A stretch of 64,000 nucleotides of DNA from Flavobacteriales bacterium (GCA_965661505.1 CBFIDX010000007.1:20-64019), one strand, 5' to 3'; shown: positions 32,897-43,189, counted from the first letter of the stretch. The notes: generated from the sequence alone by a model not told the origin. Program-made: numbers and translations.

Positions 32897-34957
32897 TCAA
32901 GGGGTTAAGAGGAACTTCTTCTCAACTGAACCATCATCGTAAATCAAAAATTGAATACTCCCTTTTTTAGGATTCATTCTTCTTCCTAACGGATCACTTA
33001 TATAAAGAAGTTTCTTGGTGGATGAAGGGTGTGCACTTTCCTCAATAGCGCTTGGTGTCAACTCATTAAAGCGTTCTATAAACTCTTGATAATATTGATT
33101 CGCTATGTTTTGATTGTGGTAGATAATGGTATTTTCATCGTTATCATTTTCCGCCGCTGCAGACCAGTTGTGCGAGCCTGTTATTAAAGTTGGATCTGAG
33201 CTTGCTATAGCTTGGTCTATAATACAGTATTTATGATGAAAGATATTACTCACTCCAGTATGAGAACGTACATCAACACCTGCATCTACTAAGTACTGAT
33301 ATTCGGATCCTGTGGTGTTTGTTTGCTCGATAATTCCTTGAACAGAAACACCACTATTATGCAAGTCTTCAATAGCCCATCCGAGGTCGTTATTTGTAAA
33401 AACTAATAAAGCAAAGTTTAAGTTGTTATTTGTTGTTTCGATTGCATCAACAATTTTATTTGTTGTATTGTCTGAAGGAGAAAAGTGGACCTCCATTGCT
33501 GAGCCATTAACTAAAAAATGATGAGGGGTATTGTTCTTTTTACTAGATCCAAAAAGAGCATTGTTAGCGTCAGGTAATTCGAGCTTACTTCCCCACATTT
33601 CATTAAATTCAATTTCATATGTTCTAGCAATTGACTGGTCTTGTATGGCAATCAAATTGTTTGGGTCGTCAAAAAGTTGACCACTCGTCCAATTTGTTGA
33701 GCCAGTTAAAACCCAACAACTATCTGTAACATTAGCATCAACAATCACGAATTTATTATGCATGATTCCTACACCATTTGGTTTTTCAAAAACTGGAATT
33801 GAGGGGTCTAAATTACTTACTGCTAAACTTGATGTTGAGGCACATGTTAAGTAGCGAACAATTACTCCTCTATTATAAGCATCATTAATGGCAGTAGTAA
33901 TCAATGCATCAGAATGGTTATATATTGCGATATCTAGTGTATACTGAGCTTTGTCTATGTATGCTTTTATGGTATCGTTAATGGCTGTGCCAATATTTTG
34001 TGCATTTTGAGTAATGGCTACACTATTATCAACACTTTTATTGAAATATGCACGTACTGCACCCGAAGAGTTTGAGACAGTAGCAAAAATTCCTACAGCT
34101 GTAAAGGCAGTGTCTGTTCCATTCACTGAAAAACCTTGAGCATAATAGATGGTTCCAGCTGTAAGTCCAGATAAATTAACGGAATGTGATGTGTTGCTTC
34201 CTGAAATGTTTATGGTATCAATTAAGTTGTTTTCAGAAATTCCATAAACCAGGCTTGAAAAACCTGCTAAATCTGTTGTCCAACTCAAATCAAAACTTGT
34301 ATTATTTAGGTTTGTTTGTTGTAATGCGGAAGTAATATTTATTCCACTACCTAGCACTAGATCATCTTCATCTCTTGGTAAGAGTTGATACCCTCCGCTT
34401 CCTGTAAATGTATATTGAGAGCTTATACCGATAATTGTTATAGGTCCTGTTGGGATTATTTGCCCGATTAACGGATGCCCCGATCGAAGGTAAAGGATTC
34501 CGCTTTCGCCATTTGAGGTGAAATTATGCAATCCTTGTGTAAAATTGCTTCCACCATTATCAATAATTGTATTTTGTATCTCTACTAACTCAGCTTCAGT
34601 ATTCTCATCTATTTGTAGAGGGGTAATTAACTGTGGAGTGATTGTATAACCATTTCCGTGATCAGTAAAGCTACTTACAGGTTGTATTTCTAGTAAGCCA
34701 TTGTAATCAATTAAATTTCCAGTAACAGTGATACTATCCCCTCTGTCAACACCAGTTAAATTTGTTGGATCGTATACAGCTATGCCTGCTGTGGCGTCTT
34801 CGATGTATCGAACGGGTCCTAATTCGTCTCCATTTGTCACAATTCCACTAATTGTTACAGAGGCTCCTATTGCTTGTGTTCTTGCATTTGCAATATCTTG
34901 AGCATACAAGAAGGAAGTGCTCAATAAGGTAATGATGATAATGTGAATTAGTTTCAT
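32897..34957 (-). CDS. Secreted phospholipase D-superfamily enzyme (OB-fold-like + Fn3-like + two HKD domains), putative nuclease
   Basis: Signal peptide; N-terminal VTISGIVT..IEDATAGIAVY OB-like region; MHNKFVIVD..TGSTNW and FHHKYCIID..TGSHNW motifs; CTD-like tail. Confidence 0.8.
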   Translation of the reverse strand: MKLIHIIIITLLSTSFLYAQDIANARTQAIGASVTISGIVTNGDELGPVRYIEDATAGIAVYDPTNLTGVDRGDSITVTGNLIDYNGLLEIQPVSSFTDHGNGYTITPQLITPLQIDENTEAELVEIQNTIIDNGGSNFTQGLHNFTSNGESGILYLRSGHPLIGQIIPTGPITIIGISSQYTFTGSGGYQLLPRDEDDLVLGSGINITSALQQTNLNNTSFDLSWTTDLAGFSSLVYGISENNLIDTINISGSNTSHSVNLSGLTAGTIYYAQGFSVNGTDTAFTAVGIFATVSNSSGAVRAYFNKSVDNSVAITQNAQNIGTAINDTIKAYIDKAQYTLDIAIYNHSDALITTAINDAYNRGVIVRYLTCASTSSLAVSNLDPSIPVFEKPNGVGIMHNKFVIVDANVTDSCWVLTGSTNWTSGQLFDDPNNLIAIQDQSIARTYEIEFNEMWGSKLELPDANNALFGSSKKNNTPHHFLVNGSAMEVHFSPSDNTTNKIVDAIETTNNNLNFALLVFTNNDLGWAIEDLHNSGVSVQGIIEQTNTTGSEYQYLVDAGVDVRSHTGVSNIFHHKYCIIDQAIASSDPTLITGSHNWSAAAENDNDENTIIYHNQNIANQYYQEFIERFNELTPSAIEESAHPSSTKKLLYISDPLGRRMNPKKGSIQFLIYDDGSVEKKFLLTP

Positions 34958-34959
34958 TT

Positions 34960-37761
34960 TTAGAAATTTAATTTAATAGATGCATTATACCTTCGGCCCA
35001 TCCCAAAAAAGACCCCGGCAGAGGTAGCATCAAAGCTATCGGTTCCTCCTGCAATGTATGGATCATTATTTTGTGCGTCAGAGATATAAGTTGTGTTTAA
35101 AAGGTTTAGAATACTAAAATTGATTCGAATAGACATCAATTTGTTGATTGCAATTTTATGACCAGCATGTAAGTCATAAATGTTATATTTAGGCAGTATC
35201 CACGATTCTGTCTGTGCAGTTTCTCCTTCCAATGAGGTGGGTTCAAAATCTGCATAATGTTTGTCGTATGAAGACCTTCTTACTTTAATCCAAGCATTTT
35301 TGGTTATATCCCATCGGATGCTCAATCCAAATTGTGTTTGGGCAGCATCTCCTACATGTACTCCACGAGCATCAAAAGGAACTACCTCTGGATTTCCGTT
35401 ATCATTCAGGACAGGGTTTCCTTCATCGTCATAAAAGCGAGCGGTATCTTGAGAGGTCCAGGTCCAATCTCCTAAGGAACTCATCCATTCTATAGTAATT
35501 GGGTTTAACTTCAATGCCCAATCTACCTCAATTCCTCTATGTAGTGCATCCATGCCATTTATATTTGCTCTATACGGAGTGTCGTCAATGAGCACAGTTA
35601 CGCCTCCGTTAACAGGTTTGTTTTTCCATACTGTATTATAGGCATTGGCATTTAGTGAAAATCGACTTGATCGGAAAGAATATCCAAGTTCAACAGCTTT
35701 GACAAATTCATTTTGAATGTCTCGATAAAGTTCATTGTTGTTATCAAATACATTACTAAAACGAGGTGCTTTAGAAATGTATCCAGCATTGGCAAAGACG
35801 TTATGTTGGTCATCAATATTGTAGTTGGCACCTGTCTTAAAAGTCCATCCACTCGCTTTAAACCAGTCTGTTTCGGCAGTTCTTGCCTCTGGAGAATTTA
35901 AAGTGTAGGCCACTCCTTGATGCCATATAGTATCTTCTACCATAACTTTATTTGCCCCCACAAGGTTTCCTTCCTCATCGTAGATAATTTCTGTACTAAC
36001 CGAAGTTCCTAATGCCGCATTATAGGTGGTGTCGTCCAGTACTAAGTCTTTCTTTTTAAAGTAGTCTATGCGTTTGTACATTGAGGTGGCTTCTGAAACA
36101 TTAAGAAACAAGCTGAAGCGATCATCCACATATTCTACTTGTCCAAAACCACCATACCATCTTACAAGCCCATCATTATCATAGCCCATTTTGTCCCCTA
36201 CAACCTTAATCATGCTATTTTGGGTCTGGTTTGCTTCATCAATGAAATAATCGCCTCCCAAAAGATCGTACACCTCTTGGTAATGCTCTCCTTTGTACGA
36301 TCGGGCATCAATACCACCTGAAAGGGTAGTTCGATCATCTAACTTATAGTTTAACGTTGACAAAAACCCATACCAATAGTGATTGTTAATTGAGCTTTTT
36401 AAAATACTGGTTGATTTATGAAGAGTACTGCTATAAAGCGGATCTAAAAAAGAGGTGTTTTCGTCATAAAGCGGTTGAAGGTTAAGTTGTCCATCAGTAT
36501 CATAACTAGAGGTTTGACCGTCTAAGCGTGTGCCTCCTCCTGTTCCGATAGAGGCATAAACAATGTTTGAAACGTGAAACTTGTCGTTTACAGCCCAAAA
36601 ATCACGTAGTGAAAACTGCGGTTTATGATAATAGTTTTTAGCCGTATTCAATGCCTCTTTTTCTCCATGAATTGTATCTCCATTCTCATTAATCGTCCAA
36701 CGGTTTAGCCACCCCCAGTGTTTATTATATCGCAATCCTTTGTTTAGAAAAGGTTGCCCTGTGGTGTCAGCGCCAAGAGATAAAGCGTATTCAGTATCAT
36801 AGGTGCTTATGCTACTTTTGTATTTTCTTTGCCCATGTTCTTGAGGAGCGCCCATGGCTGACAAACTGATAACGTGCTTGCCAATACTCTTTTGAACTTT
36901 AGCATAATAGAAGTAACCTTTGGTAAAGTTCTGATCTACCCAACCGTCACCTTGTTTATAAGACCCTGCAAGCGTTAGTCCCCAGCCACTTTTACTTTTG
37001 CCAGTGTTTAAGCCAAAGGAAGTCTTTAGGTAACCGTTGGGCCCAACACTTTGCTTAAGCATACCTCCTGCTTTGTTGCTGATTCCTTTTGTGATGATAT
37101 TCATGGTTCCACCAACGGAGGGAATAGCAATTTTGGAAGCTCCCAATCCTCTCTGTACCTGTGTATTGCTCGTAACTGAACTTAGTCCGAACCAATTAGA
37201 CCAATAGACCCAACCATTCTCCATATCGTTTACAGGAATTCCATCAATCATCACTGCTACGTTTCTTTGGTTAAATCCGCGGATGTTTATCCTAGCATCA
37301 CCATCTCCACCCCCTTGCTGGGTAGCATATACGCCCGGAGTAGAGTTGAGCAACATTGGTAGGTCTTGATCTGCTAACTCTTCTTCAATTTTTTTTGCTG
37401 GAATGGTAGAAAAAGCAATGGGTGTTTTACGATCAATTGCTATATCGGCAATTACTTCTACTTCAGATAGAGTAGTTGTTTCAAGCGAAACGTTAAGCTC
37501 CATATTTCGATCAACGGTTATTTTTTTCTCAAAATTTTTATAACCTACATAGGAAACCAAAAAGCGGTATTCTCCCTTTTGTAGCATCAACGTAAATTGA
37601 CCATCGAAATCACTGACTACCCCCTCATTTTCGGCATTCAAAATAGTAGCCCCTATCAATGGCTCTCCAGTTTGACTATCTGTAACCGTTCCACTTATTG
37701 TGTGCTGAGCAAAAGAAACCACATTAAAAAAAAGGAACCCAAGGACAAAGGTTAATCGCAT
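34960..37761 (-). CDS. TonB-dependent receptor
   Basis: ISGTVTDSQTGEPLIGA, NSTPGVYATQQGGGDGDARINIRGF, NDMENGWVYWSNW plug, NLLN, C-terminal F; start at MRLTF. Confidence 0.92.
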   Translation of the reverse strand: MRLTFVLGFLFFNVVSFAQHTISGTVTDSQTGEPLIGATILNAENEGVVSDFDGQFTLMLQKGEYRFLVSYVGYKNFEKKITVDRNMELNVSLETTTLSEVEVIADIAIDRKTPIAFSTIPAKKIEEELADQDLPMLLNSTPGVYATQQGGGDGDARINIRGFNQRNVAVMIDGIPVNDMENGWVYWSNWFGLSSVTSNTQVQRGLGASKIAIPSVGGTMNIITKGISNKAGGMLKQSVGPNGYLKTSFGLNTGKSKSGWGLTLAGSYKQGDGWVDQNFTKGYFYYAKVQKSIGKHVISLSAMGAPQEHGQRKYKSSISTYDTEYALSLGADTTGQPFLNKGLRYNKHWGWLNRWTINENGDTIHGEKEALNTAKNYYHKPQFSLRDFWAVNDKFHVSNIVYASIGTGGGTRLDGQTSSYDTDGQLNLQPLYDENTSFLDPLYSSTLHKSTSILKSSINNHYWYGFLSTLNYKLDDRTTLSGGIDARSYKGEHYQEVYDLLGGDYFIDEANQTQNSMIKVVGDKMGYDNDGLVRWYGGFGQVEYVDDRFSLFLNVSEATSMYKRIDYFKKKDLVLDDTTYNAALGTSVSTEIIYDEEGNLVGANKVMVEDTIWHQGVAYTLNSPEARTAETDWFKASGWTFKTGANYNIDDQHNVFANAGYISKAPRFSNVFDNNNELYRDIQNEFVKAVELGYSFRSSRFSLNANAYNTVWKNKPVNGGVTVLIDDTPYRANINGMDALHRGIEVDWALKLNPITIEWMSSLGDWTWTSQDTARFYDDEGNPVLNDNGNPEVVPFDARGVHVGDAAQTQFGLSIRWDITKNAWIKVRRSSYDKHYADFEPTSLEGETAQTESWILPKYNIYDLHAGHKIAINKLMSIRINFSILNLLNTTYISDAQNNDPYIAGGTDSFDATSAGVFFGMGRRYNASIKLNF

Positions 37762-37800
37762 TTTAAAAAATTTAAACGCCAAAATACCGGCGTTTTTATG

Positions 37801-38760
37801 TTATTTAATGATGAGCTTTTCTTTCCAGCTTTCTCCTTCATTACTGACATGAATAAAGTATGTACCAACCGCTAATTGATGCGTATTCAGGGTAATTATT
37901 TTTAGTTCACTTTTAAACTTACGAATCGTTTGGCCAAGTGAATTAATTAAATGGATAGTGCCTAGGGCCTCCTCTGACTGTAACACTACTACTTGTTCAT
38001 TAGAGCTAGGATTTGGATATAAACGAATATTTTTGCTTTGTTCTAACACGGACGAAGGTGTAAAGCAATCACAACTGTGTGAACCCAATTCTGTAAACGT
38101 ATTTCTTGGCAGTGTATCCCATTCAGTTGTTGGATCAAATAAGATGGGGCTTGATGTAACCCCTTGCTTGATACTTGACTTTCTAATTAGTGTTTTATCT
38201 CTCGTCCACCAATCTCCACCATTTGCATCTGTAAAGCCAGCAGAGGCATCATCAGTCCACCCATATCCCGGGTCTTCTCCGATTTTACCAAAGATATCTA
38301 TCTTATTACCATCTTTTCTTAATCCAAGGGCATCGTTTCCGTTGAAAACCATCACTCTACAGCCATCTGTTCCAGAATTATAATCTGTAGAGTAAAAATC
38401 AGTGTTAGGGTTATTGTAACCTATTGATAGTAAGTCACTAAAAAGAATAGTGTCATAACCAGTACCTAATGAGTCTTGTCGGTCTAATAGGGCAATAAAT
38501 GTTCCGTATGCAGGCACAATACCTGAAAGTGGCTGAACATATTGTATATCTGACTCAATTGATTCTCCAGCTCCGTTGGAATACCTCACTAGGTCATAGG
38601 CTCCATCAAGAGTGATAGCGTTCGATGTAGGATTGTAAATTTCAAGGGCTTTATTGTTATGGCTACCTTCTACATACTCAGAAATAAAAAGGTCTGAACA
38701 GTCTTGTGCAACAGTGTAAGTAGCTAAAAGTGTTAGTGTAAATGTAAAAATCCGTTTCAT
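37801..38760 (-). CDS. Lamin-tail-domain protein with T9SS type A sorting domain
   Basis: LFISEYVEGSHNNKALEIYNPT, FNGNDA, IDIFGKIGEDPG, TLIRK; CTD LYPNP..NSLGQ..GTYF..KLIIK. Confidence 0.85.
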   Translation of the reverse strand: MKRIFTFTLTLLATYTVAQDCSDLFISEYVEGSHNNKALEIYNPTSNAITLDGAYDLVRYSNGAGESIESDIQYVQPLSGIVPAYGTFIALLDRQDSLGTGYDTILFSDLLSIGYNNPNTDFYSTDYNSGTDGCRVMVFNGNDALGLRKDGNKIDIFGKIGEDPGYGWTDDASAGFTDANGGDWWTRDKTLIRKSSIKQGVTSSPILFDPTTEWDTLPRNTFTELGSHSCDCFTPSSVLEQSKNIRLYPNPSSNEQVVVLQSEEALGTIHLINSLGQTIRKFKSELKIITLNTHQLAVGTYFIHVSNEGESWKEKLIIK

Positions 38761-38833
38761 ATATTTTGAGTTAAAATTTATATCAAATTTAGGGTATTAA
38801 AATTTATATTTGAAGTTACTAAGTTATGATTTC

Positions 38834-40729
38834 ATGAACAAATTAAAAACTTTTGATAAATATCTTAAAGCGTACGATAAAAGTGTCGAGGATCCAACGC
38901 TTTTTTGGGCAGAAAAAGCCACTAGTTTTTACTGGTACAAAAAATGGAATACTGTACTAGATTGGAACTTCAAAGAGCCAAATGTTAAATGGTATGATGG
39001 GGGTAAATTAAATATTACAGAAAACTGTCTGGATAGGCATTTGAAAAAGAAAGGCGAGCACACGGCTATTACCTGGGTGCCTAATAACCCAAAAGAAAAA
39101 TCCAGACTATTGACCTATCGACAACTTCATGAAGAAGTGTGTAAGTTTTCCAACGTTTTAAGATCTAATGGAGCCAAGAAAGGCGATCGAATTTGCCTGT
39201 ACATGCCTATGGTCCCTGAGTTAGCAATAGCAGTATTGGCGTGTGCAAGAATTGGAGCAATTCATTCGGTTGTTTTTGCTGGTTTTTCAGCCCAATCTTT
39301 GGCTGACAGAATAAATGATGCCAAATGTAATATAGTGGTAACTGCAGACGGCGCCTTTCGAGGAACAAAAATGATTGCTCTAAAAGAGATTGTTGATGAA
39401 GGATTACAACATTGTAGCACAGTAGATAAAGTTATTGTGGTGGAGCGAACAAAACAATCTGTGTCAATGCAAGTAGGAAGGGATGTGTGGTGGCATGAAC
39501 AAATGTTGACAGCAAGTAGTATTCGCCCCGCAGAAGTAATGGATTCTGAGGATTCTCTTTTTGTTTTATATACATCAGGTTCGACCGGAAAGCCAAAGGG
39601 GGTCGTGCACACAACCGGAGGGTACATGGTTTATGCTGAGTATTCTTTCCGTAATGTTTTTCAATATGAAGAGGGCGATGTTTATTGGTGTACCGCCGAT
39701 ATAGGATGGATTACGGGACATTCCTACATTATTTATGGTCCTCTATTAGCTGGAGCTAATACCTTGATGTTTGAGGGTATTCCAACATATCCCGATGCTG
39801 GACGCTTTTGGAACATTGTTGATGAATACAGTGTAAACATTTTTTATACCGCCCCAACCGCCATACGAGCCCTACAAGCTAAAGGACTGGATTTTGTAAA
39901 ACCTTACAAATTAAATTCACTAAAAGTTTTAGGCACTGTTGGTGAGCCCATCAATGAAGAAGCTTGGCAATGGTATCATAAAAATATTGGCAAAGAAAAA
40001 TGCCCTATAGTTGACACATGGTGGCAAACGGAAACAGGAGGGATAATGATTTCTCCTCTAGCTGGCATTACAGATTTAAAACCAACTTATGCTGGCTTGC
40101 CATTACCAGGAATTCAGCCTTGTTTGGTAGATGCTGAGGGAAATGAAATAGAAGGGAATAATGTTAGTGGAAACCTATGCATCAAATTCCCTTGGCCATC
40201 TATGATTCGAACTACCTATGGAGATCATGAGCGCTGTAAAGAGATTTATTTTTCTACTTACCAAAATAAATATTTTACTGGTGACGGATGCTATCGAGAT
40301 AAGGATGGGTTTTATCGAATAACAGGAAGAGTTGATGATGTAATCAACGTTTCTGGACATCGAATAGGCACCGCAGAAGTCGAAGATGCTATTAACGCAT
40401 ACGAAAGAGTCGTAGAGTCAGCTGTGGTAGGTTATCCTCACCCGATTAAGGGACAAGGGATTTATGCTTTTATTATATGTGACTCAGTAATAAATGATGA
40501 AGCAAAATTAAAAGAAGCCATACTGGCTATGGTAACAAAGGTTATTGGGCCTATTGCTAAGCCTGATAAAATTCAAATTGTAAGCGGTTTACCCAAAACA
40601 CGATCGGGTAAGATAATGAGAAGGATTTTGAGGAAAATAGCGTCATTAGAATTTGAAAACCTTGGGGATATTAGCACATTGTTAGATCCATCCGTTGTTG
40701 AAGATATAAAAAAAGAAACCATTCGGTAG
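38834..40729 (+). CDS. acs: Acetate--CoA ligase
   Basis: YTSGSTGKPKG, DTWWQTETG, GRVDDVINVSGHR, LPKTRSGKIMRR. Confidence 0.96.
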   Translation: MNKLKTFDKYLKAYDKSVEDPTLFWAEKATSFYWYKKWNTVLDWNFKEPNVKWYDGGKLNITENCLDRHLKKKGEHTAITWVPNNPKEKSRLLTYRQLHEEVCKFSNVLRSNGAKKGDRICLYMPMVPELAIAVLACARIGAIHSVVFAGFSAQSLADRINDAKCNIVVTADGAFRGTKMIALKEIVDEGLQHCSTVDKVIVVERTKQSVSMQVGRDVWWHEQMLTASSIRPAEVMDSEDSLFVLYTSGSTGKPKGVVHTTGGYMVYAEYSFRNVFQYEEGDVYWCTADIGWITGHSYIIYGPLLAGANTLMFEGIPTYPDAGRFWNIVDEYSVNIFYTAPTAIRALQAKGLDFVKPYKLNSLKVLGTVGEPINEEAWQWYHKNIGKEKCPIVDTWWQTETGGIMISPLAGITDLKPTYAGLPLPGIQPCLVDAEGNEIEGNNVSGNLCIKFPWPSMIRTTYGDHERCKEIYFSTYQNKYFTGDGCYRDKDGFYRITGRVDDVINVSGHRIGTAEVEDAINAYERVVESAVVGYPHPIKGQGIYAFIICDSVINDEAKLKEAILAMVTKVIGPIAKPDKIQIVSGLPKTRSGKIMRRILRKIASLEFENLGDISTLLDPSVVEDIKKETIR

Positions 40730-40772
40730 ATGCTAAAATCAATTACTTACTTTTGTAAATGAATATAAGGTA

Positions 40773-41522
40773 ATGTCAGATAGCTTAATAATCATACCTA
40801 CCTACAACGAAAAGGAAAACATTGAACGTATTTTACGCAAGGTATTTTCTTTGGAAAAAGCTTTTCATGTACTTATTGTAGATGACGGATCTCCTGACGG
40901 AACCGCTGATATAGTAAAGGGTTTACAGAAGGAATTTAAAGGCTTACACATTGAGGAGCGAACGGGAAAATTGGGACTTGGCACTGCTTATATCCATGGC
41001 TTTAAATGGGCCCTTAAAAGAGACTATCAGTTTGTTTTTGAAATGGATGCAGACTTTTCACATGATCCAAATGATTTAATACGACTTCAAAAAGCTTGCC
41101 TTGATGGAGGTGATCTGGCTATAGGATCTCGGTATGTAAACGGAGTAAATATTGTAAATTGGCCCATGAGTCGATTATTGATGTCTTACTTTGCATCGAT
41201 CTATGTAAAATTCATTACCGGCCTTCCCGTTCACGATTCTACCGCAGGATATAAGTGTTATCGTCGAGCAGTTTTAGAGAACATTATTTTCGATAACATT
41301 CAGTTTGTGGGATATGCTTTTCAAATTGAAATGAAGTTTAAGGCATGGAAGTACGGCTTCAATGTTGTAGAGGTTCCGGTTGTTTTTACCGATCGAACAG
41401 AAGGAGAGTCTAAAATGAGTTCCGATATCTTTTTTGAAGCGTTCATTGGGGTTATCCAAATGAAAGTAAGAAGTTGGTTTACAAAGTTTGAACGCAAATC
41501 GAATGGCAACAACACTCATTAA
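40773..41522 (+). CDS. Polyprenol monophosphomannose synthase (GT2)
   Basis: IIPTYNE, VDDGSPDGT, KLGLGTAY, EMDADFSH, GYAFQIEM; TACTTTTG promoter at 40748-40755. Confidence 0.9.
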   Translation: MSDSLIIIPTYNEKENIERILRKVFSLEKAFHVLIVDDGSPDGTADIVKGLQKEFKGLHIEERTGKLGLGTAYIHGFKWALKRDYQFVFEMDADFSHDPNDLIRLQKACLDGGDLAIGSRYVNGVNIVNWPMSRLLMSYFASIYVKFITGLPVHDSTAGYKCYRRAVLENIIFDNIQFVGYAFQIEMKFKAWKYGFNVVEVPVVFTDRTEGESKMSSDIFFEAFIGVIQMKVRSWFTKFERKSNGNNTH

Positions 41523-42840
41523 AAACGCAACCATTGTTAATGAAGGAAAGATTTTTCAATCAGATTTATTCCTTCAAAATGGCATCATTCAAGAAATTTC
41601 AGAAAACATAGATAGAACTGCTGAACAAGTAGTTGATGCTACTGGAAAACACTTAATTGCTGGAGTGATTGATGATCAAGTGCACTTCAGGGAGCCAGGA
41701 TTAACACATAAAGCTGAGATTTATACCGAAGCTAAAGCAGCTGTGGCAGGAGGCATCACATCTTTTATGGAGATGCCAAACACCAAACCACAATCCCTTA
41801 CTCAGGAATTATTGGAAAAAAAGTTTAAAAGAGCTGCAAAAGTTTCTTTGGCAAACTTTACTTTTTTTATGGGTGCATCTAATGATAACTTGGATGAGGT
41901 TTTAAAAACGGACCCCAAGACAGTAGGTGCGGTAAAAATTTTCATGGGCTCTTCTACTGGTAATATGTTGGTAGATAACCGTTCAGTCTTGGAAGAGATT
42001 TTTGCAAAATCACCTATGTTGATCGCGGTTCATTGTGAGGATGAGTCAACAATCCAGACAAATACCAAAAAGTATAAAGCACAATTCGGGGAAAACATAC
42101 CCATTGAATATCATCCTAAGATTAGAAGTGCAGAAGCTTGTTACAAGTCGTCAAGCATGGCAGTAGAGTTGGCTAAAAAACACAATACTCGCTTACACGT
42201 CTTTCACCTTTCTACAGCCAAAGAAATGGAGCTTTTTGATAATAGCATTCCATTAGAAGAGAAACGCATCACAGCAGAAGTATGTATTCATCATTTATGG
42301 TTTGATGAAAGTCAATATGCAAAGAAAGGTACTCACATTAAGTGGAACCCAGCGGTGAAAACACTCACCGATAGAAAGGCCGTTTTTCAGGCCTTGCTTG
42401 ATGATAAAATAGACCTAATAGCCACTGATCATGCTCCACACACTCTAGAAGAAAAAGACAATACATATTTTACAGCTCCATCAGGTGGGCCCTTGGTTCA
42501 ACATGCCTTGCCAGCAATGCTAGAATTTTATCACCAAGGAAAAATGACACTTCCGAAAATCGTTGAAAAAATGTGTCATGCACCTGCTGTTTGTTTTCAA
42601 ATAGAAAATCGTGGTTTTATTAGAGAAGGTTATGCCGCTGATTTGGTTTTAATAGATTTGAATAAGCCGTGGCAAGTAAAAAAAGACAACATTTTATATA
42701 AATGCGGTTGGTCTCCTTTTGAAGGAATTACTTTTCAATCGAGCATAACCCATACTTGGGTCAATGGGCATCTAGCTTACGTAAACGGATATTTTGACGA
42801 ATCTCAAAAAGGACAACGATTACTGTTTAATAGAGCATAA
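41503..42840 (+). CDS. pyrC: Dihydroorotase
   Basis: DDQVHFREPG, EMPNT, KIFMGSSTG, KWNP, ATDHAPH. Confidence 0.93.
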   Translation: MATTLIKNATIVNEGKIFQSDLFLQNGIIQEISENIDRTAEQVVDATGKHLIAGVIDDQVHFREPGLTHKAEIYTEAKAAVAGGITSFMEMPNTKPQSLTQELLEKKFKRAAKVSLANFTFFMGASNDNLDEVLKTDPKTVGAVKIFMGSSTGNMLVDNRSVLEEIFAKSPMLIAVHCEDESTIQTNTKKYKAQFGENIPIEYHPKIRSAEACYKSSSMAVELAKKHNTRLHVFHLSTAKEMELFDNSIPLEEKRITAEVCIHHLWFDESQYAKKGTHIKWNPAVKTLTDRKAVFQALLDDKIDLIATDHAPHTLEEKDNTYFTAPSGGPLVQHALPAMLEFYHQGKMTLPKIVEKMCHAPAVCFQIENRGFIREGYAADLVLIDLNKPWQVKKDNILYKCGWSPFEGITFQSSITHTWVNGHLAYVNGYFDESQKGQRLLFNRA

Positions 42841-42870
42841 AAAAAAGGCATTCATTTGAATGCCTTTTTT
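42839..42870. terminator. Bidirectional terminator between pyrC and the Cys/His lipoprotein
   Basis: AAAAAAGGCATTCA-TT-TGAATGCCTTTTTT with A- and T-runs on both sides. Confidence 0.85.
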
Positions 42871-42886
42871 AATTAGTTAAATCTTA

Positions 42887-43189
42887 TTAGTGATTGTGAC
42901 TATGTTCTTCGTCATCACTATGGTCGTGATCGTGGTCATGACTGTGTTCTACACCCTCATTTTTGGAAGCGCAATCTTCCTTTGTACCACCGCAACATTT
43001 TTTATCACCGTCAGTTTTAGAAGCGCAATCCTCCTTTGTGCCACCACAACATTTTGTATCCTTAGTAGCAGCGTCATTTGCAACTTCCTCTACAGATACG
43101 TCTTCAGAAGTAGATGAATTGTTAGCATTGCCACAAGAAGCAACTAGGCCCATGAGTGCAATGACGGAAAAATAAAATAACTTTTTCAT
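42887..43189 (-). CDS. Small Cys/His-rich lipoprotein (putative metal-binding)
   Basis: Start MKKLFYFS, lipobox VASC, two KCCGGTKEDCASK repeats, His-rich tail. Confidence 0.8.
   Translation of the reverse strand: MKKLFYFSVIALMGLVASCGNANNSSTSEDVSVEEVANDAATKDTKCCGGTKEDCASKTDGDKKCCGGTKEDCASKNEGVEHSHDHDHDHSDDEEHSHNH
42961..43055. repeat. Intragenic tandem repeat, two 41-nt copies 54 nt apart
   Basis: 42961-43001 vs 43015-43055, 4 mismatches, same encoded peptide. Confidence 0.9.

Noticed and set aside
37774-37795. Hairpin AAACGCC-N8-GGCGTTT between the LTD gene and the TonB receptor
   Set aside because: The stem is short and the U-tail interrupted, and it overlaps a promoter-like sequence, so it is too ambiguous to call a terminator.
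42961-43055. Repeat considered as a mini-CRISPR
   Set aside because: Only two copies, in frame inside a CDS, with a 13-nt gap and no cas genes.
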